From a virus (Duplodnaviria; Caudoviricetes): a stretch of DNA of 64,000 bases. The DNA lies in IMG/VR virus record IMGVR_UViG_3300033068_001847, positions 96,001 through 160,000 of that record, one strand, 5' to 3'. Shown here one piece after another: positions 21,282-28,077 of this stretch. The stretch's first letter is position 1. Every line of letters begins with the position of its first letter. A model generated the notes under the pieces. It did no database searches. It was not told the DNA's origin and saw only the letters and a program-made list of their open reading frames with translations. A program made the translations under genes and the position numbers.

Positions 21282-21361
21282 GCTCGAATGGTGGAATTGG
21301 TAGACACGCAGGACTTAAAATCCTGTCCGAAAGGGTGCGAGTTCGATTCTCGCTTCGAGTA
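21282..21361 (+). tRNA. trnL: tRNA-Leu (TAA)
   Basis: GCTCGAA/TTCGAGT acceptor; CAGGA-CTTAAAA-TCCTG anticodon arm; variable arm; GTTCGATT T loop. Confidence 0.93.
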
Positions 21362-21389
21362 CTAAAAAATTTACTAGATATTTATGATA

Positions 21390-21632
21390 ATGAAAACGTT
21401 ATCAGAACAAATATATAGGATGAATGAATTAGCAGGAGTTATTGTTGAAGCAAATAAAACTCCTTGTCAAACACCAGATTCAACATTTCATACAGAAGTA
21501 AAAGATAATAAGATAACTTGTAGTGTAGATCTACCAATGGATTTAAATCTATCACCAGCAGATGCTAAAATATTAGAAACAAACATTCATAATGCAATGG
21601 AATTAGTTTTAGCCCCATATTTTAAAAAATAA
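21390..21632 (+). CDS. Small late protein (MKTLSEQIYRMNELAG...)
   Basis: TATTTAT late motif at 21379-85 on the + strand; likely start 21390. Confidence 0.6.
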   Translation: MKTLSEQIYRMNELAGVIVEANKTPCQTPDSTFHTEVKDNKITCSVDLPMDLNLSPADAKILETNIHNAMELVLAPYFKK

Positions 21633-21675
21633 TAACACTGATAATCAACAAGTTATAAAATAAATATAAATAAAG

Positions 21676-21706
21676 TTTGCAAATTTAAAATATTTACTTA
21701 CATTTG
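21676..21706 (+). promoter_or_regulatory. Bacteroidota sigma70-type promoter driving leader peptide and tRNA array
   Basis: TTTG 21676-79, 19-nt spacer, TACATTTG 21699-706; matches TTTG-N19-21-TAnnTTTG. Confidence 0.85.
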
Positions 21707-21726
21707 TACTATATATAATTAATAAA

Positions 21727-21834
21727 ATGAAAAATTTAAATACATATCACCGCTCTAGTTCGCTGCAACCGTATCAACACAGTTGCCCTGAAGTGGGTGC
21801 GTTAATATGTAAAGGAGGTGGAAGTACTATTTAA
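21727..21834 (+). CDS. Putative attenuator leader peptide, 35 aa (MKNLNTYHRSSSLQPYQHSCPEVGALICKGGGSTI)
   Basis: ATG after A-rich AATAAA; below the ORF-track size cutoff; codons 7-21 correspond to the nine downstream tRNAs; followed by a terminator. Confidence 0.8.
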   Translation: MKNLNTYHRSSSLQPYQHSCPEVGALICKGGGSTI

Positions 21835-21897
21835 ATACTGAAACACAATATATAAAGATGCACCCCAAGGATAATAGGATTCTTGGGGTTTTTCTTT
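21741..21897 (+). promoter_or_regulatory. Transcription attenuator (alternative 1:2, 2:3 antiterminator, 3:4 terminator)
   Basis: 1:2 = TACATAT-CACC (21741-51) with GGTG...ATATGTA (21796-811). 2:3 = GGGTGCGTT..TATGT (21795-810) with ATATA..GATGCACCC (21850-65). 3:4 = terminator. Confidence 0.75.
21862..21897 (+). terminator. Intrinsic terminator between leader and tRNA array
   Basis: ACCCCAAGGAT / ATTCTTGGGGT stem (21862-72/21879-89), then TTTTCTTT. Confidence 0.85.
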
Positions 21898-21914
21898 GGA
21901 AGAAACTTTTAAAT

Positions 21915-21989
21915 GACTATATGGCTGAGTGGTCAAAGGCAACGGTCTGCAAAACCGTAAAACCGTTGGTTCAAATCCAACTATAGTCT
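21915..21989 (+). tRNA. trnC: tRNA-Cys (GCA)
   Basis: GACTATA/TATAGTC acceptor; ACGGT-CTGCAAA-ACCGT; U73 discriminator. Confidence 0.93.
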
Positions 21990-22000
21990 CAGAAGAATAA

Positions 22001-22073
22001 CGGGTAGTAGGGAAGTTGGTATCCCGCCACATTTGGGATGTGGAGATCGCAGGTTCGAGTCCTGCTTACCCGA
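22001..22073 (+). tRNA. trnP: tRNA-Pro (TGG)
   Basis: CGGGTAG/TTACCCG; CCACA-TTTGGGA-TGTGG; GCAGG-TTCGAGT-CCTGC. Confidence 0.94.
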
Positions 22074-22096
22074 CTGGTTATGGGTTCACAATAGAC

Positions 22097-22105
22097 GTTC
22101 TTTGA
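22097..22105 (+). promoter_or_regulatory. boxA-like antitermination element (GTTCTTTGA)
   Basis: Resembles the rrn boxA core; lies in the Pro-Ser spacer. Confidence 0.4.
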
Positions 22106-22119
22106 ATGGAATTGTACTT

Positions 22120-22202
22120 GGAAGATTGGCAGAGTGGTCGATTGCGCTAGTCTTGAAAACTAGAGGATGAAAGTCCCAAAGGTTCGAATCCTTTATCTTC
22201 CG
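22120..22202 (+). tRNA. trnS: tRNA-Ser (TGA)
   Basis: GGAAGAT/ATCTTCC; CTAGT-CTTGAAA-ACTAG; long variable arm; G73. Confidence 0.94.
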
Positions 22203-22207
22203 CAAAC

Positions 22208-22321
22208 ATAAAAGGTTACCCTGCTTGTTCCGTATGGGGTTATAAATGTGTATAAGTTAACGGAACTCCTGTGGTGTTGCAGCCTAAAAATTGCACTAAA
22301 TATACTGAACAGACCTTTTAT
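22208..22321 (+). ncRNA. Candidate structured ncRNA within tRNA array (unassigned)
   Basis: Closing stem ATAAAAGGT/ACCTTTTAT; internal stems GTTCCGT/ACGGAAC and TGCAG/TTGCA; not a cloverleaf. Confidence 0.4.
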
Positions 22322-22341
22322 CTTTATAAAAAATAGAAATA

Positions 22342-22509
22342 ATGAATAAAAATGAAAAAAAGAAACAGAAATTAAAAGAACGTATTAATGCTTTGGAGCA
22401 GATCGTATTGTTATCATTAACTAAAAAAAGTTCGAATGAAACAGAAATTAATGTACCAGCATATCAACGACAAATAAATGATCTCAAAAAAGAATTGAGA
22501 GATTTATAA
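22342..22509 (+). CDS. Small coiled-coil hypothetical protein (55 aa)
   Basis: MNKNEKKKQKLKERINALE...QINDLKKELRDL; below ORF-track cutoff. Confidence 0.55.
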   Translation: MNKNEKKKQKLKERINALEQIVLLSLTKKSSNETEINVPAYQRQINDLKKELRDL

Positions 22510-22515
22510 TAAAAG

Positions 22516-22596
22516 GGGAGTGTTCCAGAGCGGTCAAATGGGACGGACTGTAAATCCGTTACTTCGGTTTCGTAGGTTCGAATCCTTCCACTCCCA
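22516..22596 (+). tRNA. trnY: tRNA-Tyr (GTA)
   Basis: GGGAGTG/CACTCCC; ACGGA-CTGTAAA-TCCGT; variable arm. Confidence 0.93.
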
Positions 22597-22601
22597 CAAT
22601 T

Positions 22602-22673
22602 AGTCTATTAGTTCAACGGATAGAATACCTGACTACGGATCAGGTGATAGGAGTTCGAATCTTCTATGGACTA
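22602..22673 (+). tRNA. trnR: tRNA-Arg (ACG)
   Basis: AGTCTAT/ATGGACT; CCTGA-CTACGGA-TCAGG. Confidence 0.92.
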
Positions 22674-22680
22674 CAAGAAT

Positions 22681-22760
22681 GCCCTTGTGACTTATGCAAA
22701 CTGGTACAGCTACGAGCCTTAGAACCTCGGTTTTTGAGAGTTCGAATCTCTCCAAGGGTA
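22681..22760 (+). tRNA. trnL: tRNA-Leu (TAG), atypical
   Basis: GCCCTTG/CAAGGGT acceptor; CGAGC-CTTAGAA-CCTCG (one C-C mismatch); GAGAG-TTCGAAT-CTCTC; enlarged D region; short variable loop. Confidence 0.8.
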
Positions 22761-22771
22761 CTTAAAATAAA

Positions 22772-22963
22772 ATGAAAATGATAACAGATATCAGATATAA
22801 CGAAGATGGTAAATTATATGCAAAATTATTAGGACATATAGATATTTACGGAACTGACTTAAATGATTTAAGAACAGCAGCTAGAGAAGCGTTTACATGT
22901 TTCTGTATAATTGCTGAAACTCATGGTCAGGGACTACAGCAGGAATTAGAAGGTTTAATCTAA
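22772..22963 (+). CDS. Small hypothetical protein (weak HicB-N-like pattern)
   Basis: 63-aa ORF; DGKLYA...GTDLNDLRTAAREA spacing recalls HicB N-terminal domains. Confidence 0.5.
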   Translation: MKMITDIRYNEDGKLYAKLLGHIDIYGTDLNDLRTAAREAFTCFCIIAETHGQGLQQELEGLI

Positions 22964-22968
22964 TATTT

Positions 22969-23042
22969 TGTTCTGTAGTGTAACTGGTTAACACGTCTGA
23001 TTTTGGTTCAGAAGATTCTAAGTTCGAACCTTAGCAGAACAA
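22969..23042 (+). tRNA. trnQ: tRNA-Gln (TTG)
   Basis: TGTTCTG/CAGAACA; TCTGA-TTTTGGT-TCAGA. Confidence 0.93.
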
Positions 23043-23104
23043 CGGGTTAGACTGTTAATAATTCATAGACTGTCATAAAAACATGGAGCGTAGAATTATA
23101 ATAT

Positions 23105-23178
23105 GGTAAATGTAGCTTAATTGGTAGAGCATCAGCTTGTGGCGTTGAGAGGTGGGGGTTCGATTCCCCTCGTTTACC
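23105..23178 (+). tRNA. trnH: tRNA-His (GTG)
   Basis: G-1:C73 pair; TCAGC-TTGTGGC-GTTGA; GGGGG-TTCGATT-CCCCT. Confidence 0.93.
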
Positions 23179-23185
23179 CAAAATT

Positions 23186-23268
23186 GGAGAATTGTCAGAG
23201 CGGTCTATCGTGCTTCTTTGCTAAAGAAGTGTGTGAAAGCACCACAGGTTCGAATCCTGTATTCTCCG
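23186..23268 (+). tRNA. trnS: tRNA-Ser (GCT)
   Basis: GGAGAAT/ATTCTCC; CTTCT-TTGCTAA-AGAAG; long variable arm; G73. Confidence 0.93.
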
Positions 23269-23285
23269 CTTAATTACCACAAATG

Positions 23286-23314
23286 TGCGGAGAATGTATC
23301 ACTTATTCTCCGCA
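23286..23314. terminator. Hairpin between convergent tRNA array and late genes
   Basis: TGCGGAGAAT/ATTCTCCGCA 10-bp stem; weak U-tracts. Confidence 0.5.
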
Positions 23315-23321
23315 TTAAATT

Positions 23322-24791
23322 TTAAGTTATAGGAAAACGATTATAACTAGCCATTGGTATAGAAGAATTACTTACAGTATCCCCATTCTGATATTTATAA
23401 GTTAATTTATCGGTTGCGCTGACAGTATTTGTACATTGTAATGTCCATGTAGTACCTGTACCAGAAATACCAGTAACTGGATTATCTGTAACACCTGTTA
23501 CATCTGTTACCACATATGCTTCATATAATGTTTGTACCATCGGAGAATCATAAACTAAAAGTACGGTAGTCCCACTAGCAGTTGCAGAAGTGATTTGTGG
23601 GAGTACAACATCTGTATTAGGATCAATTATAAAAGGATTTTCTGCATACATATTTATTAACCCTGTAGCACTATTAAATTTTACCTCAGCATTAGGAACA
23701 TTAGATTCTACTGTAACACTGATAATAGATGCGTCTGCATTCTGTACAGTAAAGGATGTATTAAAATAAACCAAATGTCTTTCTATTCCACTATATGATA
23801 AATAAGTATATAGTTTATTACCTACTATCTTGTATTGTTTATAAACACCCCTTCTAACTAATTCATAATCAAGAGCTTCTTGTGCTGTATAAATACCTGC
23901 ATTTTCATAATTAGCATGATCTTTAATTATATTACACATTGTGTGAAAGTTAGTAAGAGTATCATCCTCCCCAAGTATACCATGATAAAAATATGGCATA
24001 TATCCAAAAGCATCCCCTATACCAGTACAAGCAGCATAATGGGTATTAACTTGAGTTTCAAAATCATCAATGGCGGTTTGATTAATAGTATTACCGACAT
24101 AATATCTATAATATAGATGTCTTGTGGTATTCATTAAAGTAGGAAACCATCTATTACTAAAACCATAACCATCATCCATACCTGCTACACCCCAAGTACT
24201 CATCCAAATAGGAACATAATTAAGTGGACCTGATGCAGCATAACCAGCATCAGCACTTGGAACTACTCCCGTAGTAGCTAATAATCCAAATTTCTCCCAA
24301 AACTTTTTAGTGTTTAGGGTAATCTCACTATATAAATTAAATCCACCATGATTATAACCATGATTTGTTGGATAACATAATCTATGACCTATTACAATTG
24401 GGTTACCAGTAGTTTCTTTAGAAAATATAGGAATTAATTGTGACCACTTTGCAGCATTAGGATTACCAGAATCTTCATCATGGTCTGGATTAGCATTAAG
24501 AGCTATATTAAATTTAGCTGGTCTTTGATTTCCACAACCATCTGAATAAGTCCAAAGAGGGTAAGTATTACCATCTGCTGTTTCTACACCTTGTAAGTAT
24601 TTATGTAAATAAGTATTGTCTGATGGACCAGCATCATCAGTATATGGTATAAATCCAGTCGTCTTACCTTCTGGCATCTTATTATGTGATAAGACTACAG
24701 AAGGATTAGGTGGTGTATCAAATTCAGTTATAATAGTTATAAGTTGACTATTTTTAACTACTGGTATTTCAAAATTACCTTCTATATTCAT
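23322..24791 (-). CDS. Polysaccharide deacetylase-like (NodB/CE4-type) protein with C-terminal beta-sandwich domain
   Basis: YTDDAGP resembles TFDDGP and NHGYNH resembles HxxxH; Thr/Val-rich C-terminus; in a late operon. Confidence 0.5.
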   Translation of the reverse strand: MNIEGNFEIPVVKNSQLITIITEFDTPPNPSVVLSHNKMPEGKTTGFIPYTDDAGPSDNTYLHKYLQGVETADGNTYPLWTYSDGCGNQRPAKFNIALNANPDHDEDSGNPNAAKWSQLIPIFSKETTGNPIVIGHRLCYPTNHGYNHGGFNLYSEITLNTKKFWEKFGLLATTGVVPSADAGYAASGPLNYVPIWMSTWGVAGMDDGYGFSNRWFPTLMNTTRHLYYRYYVGNTINQTAIDDFETQVNTHYAACTGIGDAFGYMPYFYHGILGEDDTLTNFHTMCNIIKDHANYENAGIYTAQEALDYELVRRGVYKQYKIVGNKLYTYLSYSGIERHLVYFNTSFTVQNADASIISVTVESNVPNAEVKFNSATGLINMYAENPFIIDPNTDVVLPQITSATASGTTVLLVYDSPMVQTLYEAYVVTDVTGVTDNPVTGISGTGTTWTLQCTNTVSATDKLTYKYQNGDTVSNSSIPMASYNRFPIT

Positions 24792-25843
24792 TATGGTATT
24801 AAAATAGCTCCAAGAGATATTAAGTTATGAATTTCTGCTGGTATTTGTTCTGAATAGAATTTAATGTAAAGATCAGCTACACCTCTAACTACAGTACCAT
24901 GACTATCCCAAGTACTACCACCATCAGGAGATACTTCATAATAAATATAGTCAGCATCAATTCTCATTCTGAGTTTTAATAAAACTCCAGCAGTATAGTC
25001 AGTTGTTGCATTACTATTACCAGTACCATTTTTTACAGATATTCTATCATTACCCCAATTGAATGCAATAGCACTCAATGAGTTACCCGGTGTTACTGCT
25101 GTATCTCTGTTAGGTGATAGAGAAGCCCATAGATTTTGTCCCGGTTCTGTACCATCTATATCAAACTGTAACCAACCATTTACACCAACAGGGAAATAGT
25201 AATTTGCTCTACCTGCTGCATAAATAGAATTTTGACTTCTTACATTATTAGTAGTATCTCCTATCGTTAATTGAACAAAGTTACCAACATCATAAGCGGT
25301 AAATAAATCAATATCTTGTGTAACAGCTACAAAAACCTCACTATTTAATACATAATCAGAAGCATTACGAATATCATCAACAGCTTTAATACGTATACCC
25401 ACAGTACCTATAGCAGCATCAACATTACCAACTTCAATATATAAATTCCCATTAACATCTTCCAATACAGTTTTTTCGATTAATGAACCTCCAATATTAA
25501 TAAAACCTTCATAATCATCTACATTTGGAAATTCAGGGTTTTTAATAACATCACCAAAAATACCTAAATCATCATCAACACTACCACCAGTTGGTGCTGC
25601 TGGATTTAATAATAAAATTATTATACTTGACCCATTGTATGTATAAGCTAAATCATTACTTCCTTGAAACCCTAAAGGTATAATAGGATTTCCCTCTGTA
25701 CCATCTCCGCTAAAATATAAGCTTGATAATATACTACCACTACCGCCTGAACCAACAATTATTTGATCAGGATTAACATTATTATTTGGAGTTAATTCTG
25801 GATCATTACTATTAAAATTAAATGATGCACCTTGTTCTTTCAT
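24791..25843 (-). CDS. Putative fibre / decoration protein B
   Basis: Beta-rich; N-terminal ~33 aa nearly identical to the upstream gene; probable start ATG 25843. Confidence 0.5.
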   Translation of the reverse strand: MKEQGASFNFNSNDPELTPNNNVNPDQIIVGSGGSGSILSSLYFSGDGTEGNPIIPLGFQGSNDLAYTYNGSSIIILLLNPAAPTGGSVDDDLGIFGDVIKNPEFPNVDDYEGFINIGGSLIEKTVLEDVNGNLYIEVGNVDAAIGTVGIRIKAVDDIRNASDYVLNSEVFVAVTQDIDLFTAYDVGNFVQLTIGDTTNNVRSQNSIYAAGRANYYFPVGVNGWLQFDIDGTEPGQNLWASLSPNRDTAVTPGNSLSAIAFNWGNDRISVKNGTGNSNATTDYTAGVLLKLRMRIDADYIYYEVSPDGGSTWDSHGTVVRGVADLYIKFYSEQIPAEIHNLISLGAILIP

Positions 25844-25851
25844 AACATTTA
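25741..25851. repeat. Direct repeat copy 1 (shared 5' module)
   Basis: ~111 bp, high identity to 26931-27041. Confidence 0.9.
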
Positions 25852-25863
25852 CCAATTTTAAAA

Positions 25864-27033
25864 TTATATAGGAGTTATAGTTAATACTCCATCTACTAAT
25901 GTAATTCTATTAGTAACAGCAGTTACTGTATCAACTAAAACAATACCTTTAGCTGAATTATTAATAATTAAATCACCATTGTATATCTCAGTTTGGTTAT
26001 ATAATAATATACGTCCACTATCACCTCCATTTACACCATTACCTGCTGTAATTTGAATATCACCTCCATTTTGCGGATTAATACCAGTACCTCCATTTCC
26101 AGCTACTAGCTCTATTCCTCCACCGCCAGCATCTCCATTACCATCTGAACCAGTCATAGTTATACTATTTCCACTAGTATCAGCAGTAGTAGACGCTCCA
26201 GCTTGGAGTGTTAGATTTTGATTTTCAGAACTATATACTCCATAAAGTGTAGCAATTCCAGCATCTAAATTTGTTACTCCATCAGGATCAAATAAAATTC
26301 TAGCTGGAGCTAAAAGTAATGTGTCACTATTTAATACAATTTTCCCATTAACTTCTCCAAGACCAGCAGTAAGAACAACATCACCACCATCACCTGATGT
26401 ACTACCTCCAGCACCAGCATCTAATATTATATTACCTCCATCTCCTGTAATTCCACCATTACCAGCTAAAAGTTCTATTACTCCACCACCCCCCGAATCA
26501 TTACCTGCACTAGCTGCTAAATATATTCCATTTCCTGTAGAATCAACTGACTCTGGAGTATTACAAGTTATACTGATACTGCTTTCTAAAGGACTAGTAA
26601 TATTTTGTACCCCTAATATATCTACACCAACTTCCCCCCAACTTATTTCATTATTAGGACCTAAAGAACCATAACTAAATTCATCCCAACGTACAACATT
26701 ACCTATATCTCCTGAATAATTATTATTAAAAGTAAAAGCATTACCACCAATACCAGAAGGATTTATATAAAAACTTGTACCACTCGATAATAATGATATA
26801 TTAATATCACTTAAATTAGCTACTTCAGTACTATTTGATATTAACGATATTGAGTTTCCATCTAAAGTTCCTATTACTAAAGGACTCCCTTCTGTATTTC
26901 CACCCTGTAAAATAATTCCGTCAGGAATTGTACCACCTGAACCAGTAATTATTTGATCAGGATTAACATTATTATTTGGGGTTAATTCTGGATCATTTGT
27001 ATTAAATTCAAATGACGCACCTTGTTCTTTCAT
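25864..27033 (-). CDS. Putative Gly-rich fibre protein A
   Basis: Repeated GGxIxLxAGxG units; probable start ATG 27033; late motif at 27050-56. Confidence 0.55.
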   Translation of the reverse strand: MKEQGASFEFNTNDPELTPNNNVNPDQIITGSGGTIPDGIILQGGNTEGSPLVIGTLDGNSISLISNSTEVANLSDINISLLSSGTSFYINPSGIGGNAFTFNNNYSGDIGNVVRWDEFSYGSLGPNNEISWGEVGVDILGVQNITSPLESSISITCNTPESVDSTGNGIYLAASAGNDSGGGGVIELLAGNGGITGDGGNIILDAGAGGSTSGDGGDVVLTAGLGEVNGKIVLNSDTLLLAPARILFDPDGVTNLDAGIATLYGVYSSENQNLTLQAGASTTADTSGNSITMTGSDGNGDAGGGGIELVAGNGGTGINPQNGGDIQITAGNGVNGGDSGRILLYNQTEIYNGDLIINNSAKGIVLVDTVTAVTNRITLVDGVLTITPI

Positions 27034-27041
27034 AACATTTA
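26931..27041. repeat. Direct repeat copy 2 (shared 5' module)
   Basis: Matches 25741-25851, including the untranslated bases before the ATG. Confidence 0.9.
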
Positions 27042-27079
27042 TTATATTAATAAATAGTTTGAAACACAATTTAAAAAGT

Positions 27080-27111
27080 TTTGTAAATTAAAAAATTTAA
27101 TACTATATTTG
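27080..27111 (+). promoter_or_regulatory. Bacteroidota sigma70-type promoter
   Basis: TTTG 27080-83, 20-nt spacer, TATATTTG 27104-11. Confidence 0.8.
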
Positions 27112-27118
27112 CCATGTT

Positions 27119-27754
27119 ATGAAAGAGTATTTATATAAATATAAAAAAACATATCATTTAGACTTTTCAGAATCAATTACCAGTGATGATAAGATATTGA
27201 AAAGTGTAGATCACTTCCTTGGTAAAAGAATTATTGTGACTGAAAAGATGGATGGAGAATGTACATCTGTTTATACTAATTACTATCATGCCCGTTCATT
27301 GGAATCAGCAAATCATCCTTCCCAAAATCTAATCAAAGGATATTGGGCAGAACGACAATACTTAATACCTGAAGGTTGGCGAGTATGTGGTGAAAATTTA
27401 TATGCACAACATTCAATTATATATGATAATCTTGATGCTTATTTTTATTGTTTTAATACTTGGAATGATAAGAATGAATGTTTATCTTATGATGAAACTT
27501 TAGAATGGTGTGAGTTATTAAATATTGTACATGTACCAGTTTTATATGATGGGATATTTGATTATGATCTCGTTAAAAAGATTTATTTAGATTTAAATAA
27601 AGATTTACATGAGGGTATTGTAATTAGATTAGCAGATTCATTTCATTATAAAGATTTCAGCAAATCATTAGCTAAAGCGGTAAGAAAAAATCATGTTACT
27701 ACAGATGAACATTGGTCTAAACAAGTTATTATACCAAATAAATTAAAACAGTAA
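27119..27754 (+). CDS. ATP-dependent RNA ligase (RNA_ligase family)
   Basis: Motif I TEKMDGE, GENLYAQHSI, EGIVIR, KAVR. Confidence 0.85.
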   Translation: MKEYLYKYKKTYHLDFSESITSDDKILKSVDHFLGKRIIVTEKMDGECTSVYTNYYHARSLESANHPSQNLIKGYWAERQYLIPEGWRVCGENLYAQHSIIYDNLDAYFYCFNTWNDKNECLSYDETLEWCELLNIVHVPVLYDGIFDYDLVKKIYLDLNKDLHEGIVIRLADSFHYKDFSKSLAKAVRKNHVTTDEHWSKQVIIPNKLKQ

Positions 27755-27882
27755 AATGGGAAATAAAAAATTTGATTTGATTAAGACTAACAATAATTTA
27801 ACTGAAGATATTAAATCATTGCAAGAACTTTATATAAAAAATATTTTTGAATTTAAAAATAAATTACTAATTTTACTTCCTG

Positions 27883-28077
27883 ATGTCGAAGAAAAATAAA
27901 AAGATGACTAAATCAGAGGAAATTGAATATAATATTTTATTATTTATTGAAGATTATAAAGATCAATTTAGTTATGTTCCTGATTATAGATATTTAAGAA
28001 CGTTCGCATTTCAAATGCATGAATTATTTAATAAATTAGATGAACAAGAAACAAGTAAGGGAAAAGTTCAGAAATGA
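27883..28077 (+). CDS. Hypothetical protein
   Basis: 64-aa ORF in operon. Confidence 0.45.
   Translation: MSKKNKKMTKSEEIEYNILLFIEDYKDQFSYVPDYRYLRTFAFQMHELFNKLDEQETSKGKVQK

Noticed and set aside
21710-21900. T-box riboswitch as the tRNA sensor
   Set aside because: I see no T-box consensus (AAGGTGGNACC-like antiterminator bulge) or Stem I motifs. A translated leader explains the layout better.
21802-22032. 76-aa minus-strand ORF
   Set aside because: It is antisense to tRNA-Cys, tRNA-Pro and the terminator; a shadow ORF.
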